Shown here: piece by piece, positions 19,161-29,692 of the stretch
Layout: each line of letters begins with the position of its first letter
How positions within the stretch are numbered: the first letter of the stretch is position 1
Origin: Waterburya sp.
Lineage (GTDB): Bacteria; Cyanobacteriota; Cyanobacteriia; Cyanobacteriales; Xenococcaceae
NCBI GenBank assembly: GCA_965217895.1
Contig: CBDCJV010000002.1
Span: 480,001-544,000, forward strand
DNA: 64,000 nt
Direction: 5' to 3'
Notes under the pieces: generated by a model
The model's input: the letters and a program-made list of their open reading frames with translations, nothing else
Databases searched by the model: none
Told to the model about the DNA's origin: nothing
Made by a program: the position numbers and the translations under genes

Positions 19161-20381
19161 CTAACTTAAAAAATCGATCTGATTATTAGGCTTAAAGTTG
19201 GGAAAAACTTGACTCAGGCGATCGCCTGCAACAGACAAATGATTTTCTAAAACGTGAGCAATTATTTCTCTATAATCTGTAGTTACAGACAAATCTCGAT
19301 CCTGATCAAGCTCAGGCTCATCTAAACCTTTCCATTCTCCATAGACTTTTCCCCCACGAACTCCTCCTCCCAAAAGCATCATCACGTTGCCATATCCATG
19401 ATCTGTTCCTTTGGAGTCATTTTCTTTGAGAGTACGACCAAATTCTGATAAAACAACAATTACCGTATCGTTATAAATTGGCTCCAATCCTTTGACCAGA
19501 GTTGCTAGACCTTCGCCAAAAGAAGGTAATAATCGATTAAGAATTGCACTTTCATTCACATGAGAATCCCAGCCACCTATGTCCATGAATGCCAATTGAG
19601 TTTTAGTGCTGCCCACCATTAACTTTGCTACTTCGCCTGCATCATCGACAAAAGCGTTGACGTTTTTGGCTTGACGAGAAGAGGATTTCATTTCCTGACT
19701 CAATTCTGTCAAAATTTTCTCTCTGACCTTACGCCCATCCTGATAAGCTTTGCTCAAGTCATCGGTTCCACCATATAATTCATCAAAAGCTTTACTTACG
19801 TTAACATTGTCAGTAGGAATAGCTCTTGTTGAGTTTTTGCCAGGTTTTATGCTCGCAATATTCATTTTCCCCTTGAGTATGTAAGGGGTAGTAATACCGA
19901 CGTTAAGAGCTTGAGTGGCTTCTTCTTGAGGTAGTTCTGCTAAAAGCCGATTCATCCAACCATCGGCAGTGTTTCTAATTCCTGGAGTACCATTTTCAAT
20001 ATAGTCCTGAGCTTGAAAATGAGAACGCTCAACAATTGGTAAACCACTCGCATGAACAAAAGCCAAACTTTTCTGTTGCCAAAGGGGCATCAAATCTTTT
20101 AGGTGAGGATGCAGACCAAAAAAGCCGTCAAGATCCAGCACACCATCTTTTTCCTGGGGATAGGGGATGGCAATAGTTGGTCTTGCTAAATAATAATCTT
20201 TCTCTTGATAAGGAACAACCAGATTTAAACCATCAACTCCCCCCCGTAACAATACCACCACCAAACGTTGAGGATTAGCTGACTGGCTAAGTCCCTGAGC
20301 AGCCCAGCTATTTAAACCGATGGGAACTAAAATTCCTGTAGTTACCAAACTGGCTGCGGTCAAAAATTTTCTTCTTTTCAT
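19161..20381 (-). CDS. DUF1501 protein (Tat-exported)
   Basis: MKRRKFL Tat motif; LRGGVDGL, RSHFQAQD, GGWDSH, SEFGRT, GTDHG. Confidence 0.9.
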   Translation of the reverse strand: MKRRKFLTAASLVTTGILVPIGLNSWAAQGLSQSANPQRLVVVLLRGGVDGLNLVVPYQEKDYYLARPTIAIPYPQEKDGVLDLDGFFGLHPHLKDLMPLWQQKSLAFVHASGLPIVERSHFQAQDYIENGTPGIRNTADGWMNRLLAELPQEEATQALNVGITTPYILKGKMNIASIKPGKNSTRAIPTDNVNVSKAFDELYGGTDDLSKAYQDGRKVREKILTELSQEMKSSSRQAKNVNAFVDDAGEVAKLMVGSTKTQLAFMDIGGWDSHVNESAILNRLLPSFGEGLATLVKGLEPIYNDTVIVVLSEFGRTLKENDSKGTDHGYGNVMMLLGGGVRGGKVYGEWKGLDEPELDQDRDLSVTTDYREIIAHVLENHLSVAGDRLSQVFPNFKPNNQIDFLS

Positions 20382-20412
20382 GACTATTTTTTAAGTGAAG
20401 ATTGAGTAAAAC

Positions 20413-21918
20413 TTATCGATACATTGCTTCAGGACTGCCTAAAATAATTGCCGAACGAAGTTTTCTAGGTGTTTTGGAGATTACTTGCTTTGTCTTGTCA
20501 GAAAGATCATCATAATTGCTGATTAACTGCTTGTATTGAATAGGTTGCTCGCGATTTAAAACGCCATTGGCGATCGCTGTTGCAAAGCCTATCCTTTGTA
20601 AAATTGCCTGGGAATTTAACCAAACATCTTGAGTATTTTTATAGCCAATAGGTGCAACACACATATATGTTGGCATAGACAGACTAATCAACATTCCTCT
20701 GATCCTTTTCCAATTAGGCTGCTTGATTTCTCCTGTTCTAACCAAGGAAACTATATATTGAAACGGAGTTTGGAATTTTTGCCTGTAATACTGAGGATCA
20801 TCCAATTCTGGAGCGTGAATCAAAGTATCCATAACAACTTTAATGTTGCCATCACTTTGCAAAAACTTTTGAGCTAGTTTATCTACCAAGCTTGAGGGTG
20901 GCTCATCAGCAACAAAGTACTGTGCCAATTTATAGCTGATAAATTTAGCGGTGGCAGGATGAGTTGCTAAAATGTCCAAAGCTTGCTGTCCTTCTGCAAT
21001 GCCATTAGGCTCAATTTTATGACCCAAAAATACCTTTTCACTGTGGTCGTGACGTTTTTCATCAAAGAAAAAGCTTTGTTGGTCTTCTCCTCGAACATTT
21101 ATACTCCATCCCGTAAAAATTTTGGCAAGCTCTATTACGTCCTCCTGAGTGTAGCCACCGTCAACACCTAAGGTATGTAACTCCATTAATTCACGGGCAT
21201 AGTTTTCATTGAGGTTTTTAACAGCTTTTTTAGTCCCAGAAGCCTCAGACACTCTATTTCGCTGATTGTCTAAATAAATAAGCATTGCTGGGTGAGTTGC
21301 TGTTACTGACAACAAATCGCGAAATTTGCCAAAGGCATTGGTTCTAAGCTTATTTTCATAATCGTTTACCCATAAAGCTACTGTCCCTTTGCCAGCAAAT
21401 ACATTAAAGTGATTAAACCAAAAATCCACCATCACTTCTTGCAGTTGCCTATTAGAATAGATAGCTCTTGCTAGGTGAGCATCCATTGCTTCTTCTCTAA
21501 GTTTGGCGTGTATTTCTTTCCTGGCTTTTTCCATTTCCAATTGCCTTGCGACAGATAGCTTTTGCTTTTTTATTTTTTGACTGTCAGCAAATTCGTTTCT
21601 TTGTAATTCAATCGGCTGCTGGCTAACAAACTTTGGTTTAGCTAAATAATTTTCTAATTCAGAGGATTCTGTAATACTTTCTGGGTTAAGTTGAGACTGA
21701 ATATAGGCTTCTATTCCTTCCTTTTTTGCTTGTTTCAATTGTGCTGAATTAACACCAAAGCTCAGACGATCCAAAATGTGTCTTTGGCTAGTCTGAGATA
21801 GCTCACTTTTGCCTACGGTAACGTTAATTAAGCCAAAGCACAGAAGCAAGCTACAAATTATAGTTAAGATGCCATACCGTAGTTTATGTTTCATAATCTG
21901 TTGCAAAACGAGCAGCAA
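20413..21918 (-). CDS. DUF1800 protein
   Basis: RQLQEVMVDFWFNHFNV, AMLIYLDN, NENYARELMELHTLG; start probably at MKHKL. Confidence 0.9.
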   Translation of the reverse strand: MLLVLQQIMKHKLRYGILTIICSLLLCFGLINVTVGKSELSQTSQRHILDRLSFGVNSAQLKQAKKEGIEAYIQSQLNPESITESSELENYLAKPKFVSQQPIELQRNEFADSQKIKKQKLSVARQLEMEKARKEIHAKLREEAMDAHLARAIYSNRQLQEVMVDFWFNHFNVFAGKGTVALWVNDYENKLRTNAFGKFRDLLSVTATHPAMLIYLDNQRNRVSEASGTKKAVKNLNENYARELMELHTLGVDGGYTQEDVIELAKIFTGWSINVRGEDQQSFFFDEKRHDHSEKVFLGHKIEPNGIAEGQQALDILATHPATAKFISYKLAQYFVADEPPSSLVDKLAQKFLQSDGNIKVVMDTLIHAPELDDPQYYRQKFQTPFQYIVSLVRTGEIKQPNWKRIRGMLISLSMPTYMCVAPIGYKNTQDVWLNSQAILQRIGFATAIANGVLNREQPIQYKQLISNYDDLSDKTKQVISKTPRKLRSAIILGSPEAMYR

Positions 21919-22102
21919 TTTACAATTTATTTGCTCTCATTGTAATTTTTTTTTTTACTTTTGGTTAAGCTTGGGTTGTTTGACAAACCTTAACGATACA
22001 TTGCTTTAGGACTACCTAAAATAAGGGCAGAATAAAGAAGCTTTGACTATTAGCAATTACCTTTCTGATGTGTGCAGAAAGCTCTCCCAGGTTTGTTGCT
22101 AT

Positions 22103-22193
22103 GTATTGTGCCAATTTATAGCTGATAAATTGCGTGGTGGCAAGATGAGTTGGCAGAATGCCAAAAGCTTGTTGCTCTTCTGCAATGCCTTAG
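22103..22193 (-). pseudogene. Degenerate fragment of a second DUF1800 copy
   Basis: tgtgccaatttatagctgataaatt identical to 20921-20945; similarity continues to ctgcaatgcc (about 21003). Confidence 0.75.
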
Positions 22194-22196
22194 TGA

Positions 22197-22859
22197 TTAT
22201 TGTTTGAGAGCTAAGGTTAAGCCGTCAGCGATCGCCAGCATACTAATATCTACTCTTTGGTCTTGATGTAGTTTTTGATTGAACTCCCGCAGAGCAACCG
22301 TTCTTTTATCTGTATCTTCAGAATCCGCGACGCTTCCAGACCACAATACATTGTCGATCGCAATTATTCCCCCAGGACGCAGAAGCGTTAAAGCTCGTTC
22401 GTAATAGTTGAGATAATTGCTTTTATCAGCATCTATGAAGGCAAAGTCAAAGCTACTAATTTCTCCTTCAGCTATTAACTGGTCGAGAGTATCTAAAGCT
22501 GGTGCTAGACGAAAATCAATTTTGTGTTCGACTCCTGCTGCTTGCCAATAGCGACGAGCGATCGCCGTAGCTTCAGGATCGCGATCGCAAGCCACTACTT
22601 TTCCGTCTTCTGGCAATGCTAAGGCTACTACCAAAGAGCTATAGCCAGTAAAAACGCCAATATCAAGGGTTTTCTTCGCTTTTAATAATTTGACGAGCAA
22701 TGCCATAAACTGTCCCTGATCGGCAGAAATTTGCATCACGCTGGCAGGGTGGCGATCTGTTTCTTCTCTTAGCTTGCTTAAAATTTCAGGCTCTCGTAAC
22801 GATACTGAAAGCAAGTATTTGTATACACGATCGTCCAATTCCAAACTTTGCTTACTCAT
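22197..22859 (-). CDS. Class I SAM-dependent O-methyltransferase (CCoAOMT-like)
   Basis: LDIGVFTGYS, FDFAFIDADK, IDNVLWSG. Confidence 0.92.
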   Translation of the reverse strand: MSKQSLELDDRVYKYLLSVSLREPEILSKLREETDRHPASVMQISADQGQFMALLVKLLKAKKTLDIGVFTGYSSLVVALALPEDGKVVACDRDPEATAIARRYWQAAGVEHKIDFRLAPALDTLDQLIAEGEISSFDFAFIDADKSNYLNYYERALTLLRPGGIIAIDNVLWSGSVADSEDTDKRTVALREFNQKLHQDQRVDISMLAIADGLTLALKQ

Positions 22860-22908
22860 AATCCTCTAAATACTTCATGGTCTAATACAAATACCACTTA
22901 AGCAAATC

Positions 22909-25203
22909 TTATTCAGGCTGATTAATTCTAACTTTTTGCCAAAGCATCTGCTTTTCCGCACGGGCGATCGCTTTATAGGTTCGCTCTACCGCTTCTGATT
23001 CAACGGAAATGACATCAATTCCCCAATCTATGAGTTTGGCAATCAAATCAGGATATTCTACTGGTGCTTGACCACATATACAGCATTCTATGTTGTTAGC
23101 TTTAGCCGTAGCAATTAACTCAGAAATTGCCCTGTGCATGGCAGGATGATTGGCGTTTAAACCGCGATCGCTAAATTCAGTCTGCTCGCGATCTGCTCCC
23201 AGTAGCAGTTGAGTTAGATCGTTAGTACCAATTGCAATTCCTTGGACACCTGCACGAACGTATTCAGGTAATAACAAAATTACTGAAGGCACTTCTGCCA
23301 TGATCCAAACTTTAAATGACTTTCTGCTGATTAAACCAATATTTTTCAGCCGACGATAACAAAACTCAAACTCTTCTACGCTGCGAACAAAAGGTAAGAT
23401 TAAATTAAGATTGCTATAGCCTTCGGCTGTGATAGTTGCTAATGCCTTTAGCTCTAAATCAAATAAGGACGGATCGCGGGTGTAACTATATGTACCTCGA
23501 TTACCCAAAATTGGATTTGAATCTTGGGCATACCAATCCATAGACCGATAAAATACAGGACGAGAGGCAAAAGCACTGACAAACTGACGTAAAGAATTAG
23601 TTAGGGTGTTCAAAAAATTGAGGCGATCTAATTCTGGCTGTTGTCGAGCAAAAAACTGAGGAGTTAATAACTCTGCAAGCATCAATTCAGAGCGCAACAA
23701 GCCAACTCCATCTATAGGTAGATCGAGAACCTTGGTAATACTTTCTGGTTGAGAAAGATTAACCATTAGCTTAGTGGCAATGGGATGGCTGGGATCGAGT
23801 AAATGATCGTTGGGCAAATGAGTTAGAAATAAATGCCTAGCTGCTGCGGGATAAACTTTGCCATCATTTCCGTTTAACAATACCTCAATTCCAGCCTGAA
23901 GGATTTTAGTGGCATCAACGGCGTTGACTATAGCAGGAATATTCAATTCTCTAGCGACAATTGCTCCATGACTAGTTGTACCTCCAGTTTCGGTAATAAT
24001 TCCGCCAACTTGTTTAATCAGAGCTATATGACGGGGTTCAATAGCTTTAGTTACCAAGATGCAGCCTGGAAAAATCGGCATAGAGTGGCTATCAGAGTGA
24101 GCATCAAAATCTTCAACTATTACAGTCTTCGCCAAAACAGTACCTGGAGAAGCAGCAACACCATCCAATAGAGATGATACAGATGATGAGGGTAATACTT
24201 GAGCTAATCGATTGGCTAGTAAAGTAGAACCAGCAGGCAGGCGATCGCTCAATTGAGTAAAGTAAAACTGTGGAAGAGACTGATATTCTATTTCTGGTGC
24301 AGTCCAAACTAAATATTTAACCTGCGGTTGTTTATCTAGAATAATCTGAGTTAATTGAAGCAGTTTGGCGATCGCCCTTTGCTCTAAAACATACTTCTCT
24401 GTATGGGTTTCAGCAGGCAGATAGGCTTCTAAGCAATCGTTAGCTGGTCTATTTAAATCTGTATGTTTAAGTTTATAAGCATAATTTTTATGACCCAAGG
24501 ATCTTGATAAAATATAGCCTGTAGCTCGATCTATATAATATTCATCTGGCTCAACGTCTCCCTGCAGTAAACTTTGTTCTAAACCCCAGCTAGCTTTAAT
24601 TCTTGCTACATTTAAATTAAGTTCAATTATGCCTGAAGCGTAAGCGGGCTGGAGTGGTCTAACTAAGATTGCTAAATCGATGTCTTTGATGCTTAATCCT
24701 AATTTATGCCAATACAATAGGCTGCTGGCGGTAAATAATTCTGACCAGATTTTTTTAAGTGCTATGGTTAAAGCTTGAGGATTATTATTGCAAGTATGAG
24801 ATCTCCATAAGCCCAGACTTCCCTGCTGCTGACAAGGAACTGTTACAAAGGGTTGGAGAATGAAGCTATCTGAATTGAACTGTTGTGCAGCCTGGGATAT
24901 TTCTGTTAACCATGAATCAGGCAATGGATATTGGCTAATAATCTCACGGCTACGTTGGGCGATTAATTGTAAAGCCGAAGAGCGATCATTAACTGAAAGT
25001 GAAGGAGAATTTGGCAAATGACCAACCAATAACTCTCCATGCTTTAAATCAGCTAAAAATTGCTTTAATAAACTGTGATCTAAAACAAATCCAGGTAAAA
25101 TCGGGCATTCATGTTGAAGTAATTGGCTGAGAATAAACAAATTATTCCCAACCAAATGTTGTTCTGAAAGCTGAATTTGTGAAAGCCAATAAATATAGCT
25201 CAC
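22909..25203 (-). CDS. Divergent PEP-synthase-like protein (PEP-utilising enzyme)
   Basis: Phospho-His domain GGTTSHGAIVARE; GVGLLRSE, IGTNDLTQ, CICGQ; degenerate N-terminal ATP-grasp region. Confidence 0.85.
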   Translation of the reverse strand: MSYIYWLSQIQLSEQHLVGNNLFILSQLLQHECPILPGFVLDHSLLKQFLADLKHGELLVGHLPNSPSLSVNDRSSALQLIAQRSREIISQYPLPDSWLTEISQAAQQFNSDSFILQPFVTVPCQQQGSLGLWRSHTCNNNPQALTIALKKIWSELFTASSLLYWHKLGLSIKDIDLAILVRPLQPAYASGIIELNLNVARIKASWGLEQSLLQGDVEPDEYYIDRATGYILSRSLGHKNYAYKLKHTDLNRPANDCLEAYLPAETHTEKYVLEQRAIAKLLQLTQIILDKQPQVKYLVWTAPEIEYQSLPQFYFTQLSDRLPAGSTLLANRLAQVLPSSSVSSLLDGVAASPGTVLAKTVIVEDFDAHSDSHSMPIFPGCILVTKAIEPRHIALIKQVGGIITETGGTTSHGAIVARELNIPAIVNAVDATKILQAGIEVLLNGNDGKVYPAAARHLFLTHLPNDHLLDPSHPIATKLMVNLSQPESITKVLDLPIDGVGLLRSELMLAELLTPQFFARQQPELDRLNFLNTLTNSLRQFVSAFASRPVFYRSMDWYAQDSNPILGNRGTYSYTRDPSLFDLELKALATITAEGYSNLNLILPFVRSVEEFEFCYRRLKNIGLISRKSFKVWIMAEVPSVILLLPEYVRAGVQGIAIGTNDLTQLLLGADREQTEFSDRGLNANHPAMHRAISELIATAKANNIECCICGQAPVEYPDLIAKLIDWGIDVISVESEAVERTYKAIARAEKQMLWQKVRINQPE

Positions 25204-25225
25204 TGGTTTAACTCACAAAGTGAGT

Positions 25226-25257
25226 AGCTATAAGCTATAAGCTATAAGCTATAAGCT
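25226..25257. repeat. Heptamer short tandem repeat (AGCTATA)n
   Basis: agctataagctataagctataagctataagct. Confidence 0.85.
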
Positions 25258-25270
25258 TGGATTAAAGATT

Positions 25271-26185
25271 TTAATTGACAGCTACTAGCTCTTGCTCTTT
25301 AACTAAAGCTTTTGCCAAAAATTCCTCGGTTAGTTTGACAAATGCTTTTGAACCTCCAGAGTTTGGCATCGCTACCGAGACTGGAGTAAATAAATCTACT
25401 GCCTTAGCAACATTAACGTCCATCGGAATTGACTGCTCAAATAGCTGCTCTGGATAAAAGTCATCGCGGACTCTTTTCATCACCTGCTTATAATATCTGC
25501 CCATCAACCCACCAGCAGAAAGGATAAAGACGATTCCTAAAAGATTGACATCTATTGGTTGTGTATGTTTGTGACTTTCTCTTAGTTTAGCGATTCTTCT
25601 TTCCAAAAGCTGAATTCCCACTAAGGACAAAGGTTCAGGACGAGCAGGCAGAAGATAAAAATCACTAGCAGCAATACCGCTACGAGTTAGCAAGTTATAT
25701 CCAGGGGCGCAGTCGAGGATAATAAAGTCATAATTATCGGCTATTGGCTCAATAATATTTTGAATTAAAATTCTCTCAAAATTATCCCAAACTTTTTGGA
25801 ACTCTTCTGCTTCACATTCAACTGCTTGTTGGTGCAGCATTTCTGAGACTTGATACTCATCATAAAGTTCAATATCTCCTGGAAGTAGCTCCAGACCATC
25901 TATGCCACAAACATTAGTCACAATAATATCTTGAACTTCTAATTTGCTCCAAGGATTAGGATTAATTACATTGTCAAGAAGATAGCTAAGAGTATGTTTT
26001 TTCTTACGCAACTTCGCAAAATCGTGGGGCGAAAGCAAGCTTAAGGTAGCACTAATTTGAGAATCTAAGTCTAAAACTAATACACGCTTGTTGTGTTTCT
26101 GAGCCAAACAGGTTGCAAGATTAACGGTTAAAGTAGTTTTGCCTACTCCTCCTTTCATGTTGACGGTGCTTATAATAGTTCCCAT
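25271..26185 (-). CDS. ParA/Soj-family ATPase
   Basis: NMKGGVGKTT deviant Walker A, DLDSQ, DCAPG. Confidence 0.9.
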   Translation of the reverse strand: MGTIISTVNMKGGVGKTTLTVNLATCLAQKHNKRVLVLDLDSQISATLSLLSPHDFAKLRKKKHTLSYLLDNVINPNPWSKLEVQDIIVTNVCGIDGLELLPGDIELYDEYQVSEMLHQQAVECEAEEFQKVWDNFERILIQNIIEPIADNYDFIILDCAPGYNLLTRSGIAASDFYLLPARPEPLSLVGIQLLERRIAKLRESHKHTQPIDVNLLGIVFILSAGGLMGRYYKQVMKRVRDDFYPEQLFEQSIPMDVNVAKAVDLFTPVSVAMPNSGGSKAFVKLTEEFLAKALVKEQELVAVN

Positions 26186-26425
26186 GTTTGAAATTCCTAA
26201 CAGTCCTTGTTAACGTTAGTGTGCCAGAATATATTGTGGCAACAATAAATCATAATATTTCCTAAAGTTTTTTTGGTCGATGCTGATTTATTTATAGGTT
26301 CGTAAGCAAGATTGTTCGTAGCTGTTAGCCATTAGCTCTAAGCTTTTTATTAAATTTCTTACTTTAATTTGGGAACACTAGCTTATATGTAGCTTAATTA
26401 AGCTAGTCGATCTGAGGTATTAGGC

Positions 26426-26788
26426 ATGACTCACTATAAATTTAATCCTAGGAATCATATCTGTTCACTGGTTTGGACGGTGTTTCTCTTAATTACCGTT
26501 ACCAAAGAAACCAAGACGATCAACGGTATTACCTGCGCAGCTTTATTTGGCTTGCCTACCATTGTGGCAGGAATTAATCTACGGGAAAAAGCCGATCGCA
26601 ACAAGCGCATCCAAATTATTAAAATGATTACAGAAAAGCAAATGCTCACTGCCAGTCAAACGGCAAACATCTTAGATATTCCCGCTAGTGAGGCTCAGAC
26701 ATTACTCAGTCAGCTCTATCGAGAATCAAGAATCAACGTCAGTAATCGCAGTGAAGACATGGCTGTTGTTTATATTCCCATGAATTAA
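26426..26788 (+). CDS. Hypothetical membrane protein with possible C-terminal winged helix
   Basis: Two hydrophobic segments followed by LTASQTANILDIPASEAQTLLSQL. Confidence 0.6.
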   Translation: MTHYKFNPRNHICSLVWTVFLLITVTKETKTINGITCAALFGLPTIVAGINLREKADRNKRIQIIKMITEKQMLTASQTANILDIPASEAQTLLSQLYRESRINVSNRSEDMAVVYIPMN

Positions 26789-26790
26789 TT

Positions 26791-27279
26791 ATGGTAGATT
26801 GCGCGATCGCTTTGGGCAGTAATGAAGGTAATTCTCTAAATATCTTGGAAAGTTCTCTTAATGCCCTCAATCAAATTCCTGGCATTACCCTCAAAACAAC
26901 TTCTAGCTGGTATCAAACTAAACCCGTAGGTACACTAAATTCTCAAGCAGACTATCTTAATGGCTGTGCGTTATTATCAGCAGCACAAACCCCTGAAGAA
27001 TTGTTAGCTATTCTCCAGGCTACCGAGATGCAGTTTGGCAGAGTAGGTAAGGGTACACTGCAACCAAGAACCTTAGATCTAGATTTATTATTATATGGTG
27101 ATGTAGTTTTAAACACTCCTGATTTAACTATTCCCCATCCCCGCATGAGTGAACGTGCTTTTGTCTTAGTTCCTTTAGCCGAAATTGCCCCAGACTGGAT
27201 TGAACCAGTATCAGGAAAGAAAATAGCCAAGCTTCTGCGCAACGTGAATACTTCGGGAGTTAAACTCGTTGCAGTTTAA
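26791..27279 (+). CDS. folK: 2-amino-4-hydroxy-6-hydroxymethyldihydropteridine diphosphokinase
   Basis: IALGSN, YLNG, PRTLDLDLLLY, IPHPRMSERAFVLVPL. Confidence 0.95.
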   Translation: MVDCAIALGSNEGNSLNILESSLNALNQIPGITLKTTSSWYQTKPVGTLNSQADYLNGCALLSAAQTPEELLAILQATEMQFGRVGKGTLQPRTLDLDLLLYGDVVLNTPDLTIPHPRMSERAFVLVPLAEIAPDWIEPVSGKKIAKLLRNVNTSGVKLVAV

Positions 27280-27361
27280 CAATTCCATCTTTGGTACGAC
27301 AAATAAAATTAAAGTTTGAACCAAAATGTAATTAAGTTCACTATATTTTGCTTAAATTATT

Positions 27362-27550
27362 ATGTCTGACAATAAAAATGCCACTGGTAAAAGCGGTACT
27401 GCAAAACCTAACACCAATGCCAATGGTCAAATGGATCTAGCTTCTAAGTCAACAGTCGATCCTGAATCTATTATTGACGAAGCACCCGCAGCAGAAAGAT
27501 CGGAGTCTGCACCAGAAAACAAGGCTGCTACTAAAAGAGAAGAAGCCTAA
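27362..27550 (+). CDS. Small hydrophilic hypothetical protein
   Basis: 62-aa low-complexity ORF. Confidence 0.55.
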   Translation: MSDNKNATGKSGTAKPNTNANGQMDLASKSTVDPESIIDEAPAAERSESAPENKAATKREEA

Positions 27551-27827
27551 AATTTTAAGCCAACTTTCAAGATAACGATAAAAAAAAGGATATATACCTC
27601 TTCTTTTTCATTAAAACTCCTGTTTTCAATATGGAAAGGGTTTAAAACTATGTCCTTTTTTTCTTTGACTATCATTAATACTTGCAGATAAAGCGATCAC
27701 AATTTTATTCTAAATAGTCTGTCCAACATTTTAATTATAATTAACGGAATATCAGACTGACTATCTAAGTTTATTTGTTGGTAAACACTGCCTAATGTTT
27801 TATTCACAATACCGTGTCTCGTCAAGT

Positions 27828-28112
27828 TTATGTTAGTAGCCATCGATACACCCCCAAACAGTCTACAAACAGGAAGATTGACCCCGAATAAAACATCATT
27901 AAATTATCTTTGGTTTGAATACTAGAAACCAAAAGCTGACTAGAACTTAAGGCTAAAAACAAGAATCCATAGCTACTAATATTTAGTTTTGCCGCCAACA
28001 TTACTCCACCAATAACAGCACAGATACTACTAGATATTTTTAGTAATTGAGCCGATAAATTTTTTCTCAATAATTTATAGAAAAATAGTTCGACCTGCCT
28101 GAAAATAATCAT
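27828..28112 (-). CDS. Small membrane protein
   Basis: Three hydrophobic segments, ends GVYRWL. Confidence 0.6.
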   Translation of the reverse strand: MIIFRQVELFFYKLLRKNLSAQLLKISSSICAVIGGVMLAAKLNISSYGFLFLALSSSQLLVSSIQTKDNLMMFYSGSIFLFVDCLGVYRWLLT

Positions 28113-28126
28113 ATGTTGTATCTGAT

Positions 28127-29419
28127 GAACCTTCTCAAAAAGTCTGGGGGCTAGCTACAAAAATTTAGACCAATGAAACAGATACTGTCTCTGTAAGTTC
28201 ACCCAGTCTTGATGCTGCTTTCTGAGCAATGATTTCCCCTAAGGTCGGAATCAAATTTGTTCTCCCCACTCGATCAGTAAGATACTTCCAGAAGGAAACT
28301 CCTAATTTACGACAAGTCTTTTTGAGACTGGCAAAAGTATCTCGGCACCTTCGTCCCTCATCACTGCGGGTGCTGCCGCTGATCTTACCTTTAGTTACAA
28401 ATTCTCGGATGTCTTGCTCACTGGCATTGTTGTGAAGCGGTAATTCTGGTTTGTCTAAAACTTTGAGCAACTCCCTTTGCCGTCGGTTGAGTCTTGTCAA
28501 AACTTGATTGAGGGTTTCAAAACAAGTGTGAGTCGTAAAGATTTGGTCGAAACTAGTTTCGAGTCGGACTTTCTGTTGTTGCTGCTGGTTGGATGTCAAT
28601 TTTTTGTAAGCTTTTAAGTCCTGATAGAAATCCTAAATTTCTCCCTGAACCTTTTCCACTGCCAGTCTCTGAACCCTAGTCAAAGGAATCAGCTTGTTAA
28701 TCAGACGCTCGGCGTGAACCCAGCACAAACCATGCTCCAGCAATCGAAATTGTCCAGCGCAGATGTCTATGCCCCATTCCTGCATTTGTTCCAGGAGCTT
28801 GGGTTGGGTCACATGGCACCGCTTTGGGTAATTTCCCTCTCAAGTATTCTGCCCTTGGCGTTTTCCAGATAGCTAGTCGATACCGTGTATTATGGGCACT
28901 GATAATTAGCTCTTGAACTGTGTAATCTTGGTATCCTTTAAATTCTGAACCTGGAGGAATTTCTGACGGGGGCTGGATTATTTTGGTCTCGTGGATGATT
29001 AAGTTCGCATTTTTCTGCCGTTTTTGAAAGCCAGGACGCTTTTTCTTGCCTTGCTGCTCTTGAGACCCTTCGGTTTTTGTCTCCTCTTCTTGACTTTGAG
29101 CTTTCTTTTCTGGCTCTAGTCTGCTGGGTTTAATTTTGGGCTTTCCCTTTTCTCCTTTCAGACGGGCGATTTCATCCGTTAGCTCTTGGATGCACTCTTC
29201 CCGCTCTGGCAGTAACTGCAACAGTAGAGTCTCTCGGTCGCAGAGCTCTTCACAGGATAGCTTGGGGATTTTTGTGAGTTTTATGCCCATAGCTGATGAT
29301 TTTACCAGTTATCTCTCCCTCTAGGAAGTCTGGGCTTACTTCCTCATCTTTAAGCTTCGGACTGGTCTGTCTTTTCTCGTTTCTTTCCCTGAGTTTTCCC
29401 AGACTTATTGAGAAGATTC
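28127..29419 (-). mobile_element. IS66-like element with multiply deleted transposase
   Basis: Inverted ends gaaccttctcaaaaagtctggg / cccagacttattgagaagattc; fragments FKGYQDYTVQEL, CHVTQPKLLEQMQEWGIDI, LCWVHAERL, LHNNASEQDIR in different frames. Confidence 0.85.
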
Positions 29420-29680
29420 GTAGAAACTACCAAAGATTTAGGTATTCAGCTAATAGAAGTTGAAGATGTTGGGGTTGAAGAAGCGATCGCAATACTCGAA
29501 GGCAATCCGCAAATCGAATATGCCGAACCGAATTCTATTGTCTCAATAACCGATACATTTCCCAACGATCCGCGTTTTGATGAGCTATACGCCCTTAATA
29601 ATACAGGACAAACAAGCGGTACTCCCGATGCCGATATCGATTCTCCTGAAGGCTGGAATCTCCAAACTGGCAGTAGCGAT
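29420..29680 (+). pseudogene. S8 subtilisin-like peptidase fragment
   Basis: IEYAEPN..PNDPRFDELYALNNTGQTSGTPDADIDSPEGW (prodomain end plus start of catalytic domain), cut on both sides. Confidence 0.8.
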
Positions 29681-29692
29681 GCAGAAAAATGA

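Noticed and set aside
25226..25257. Tandem repeats here, at 43173-43207 and at about 63553-63580 as CRISPR arrays
   Set aside because: Simple 7-bp tandem repeats with no spacers and no cas genes; common in cyanobacteria
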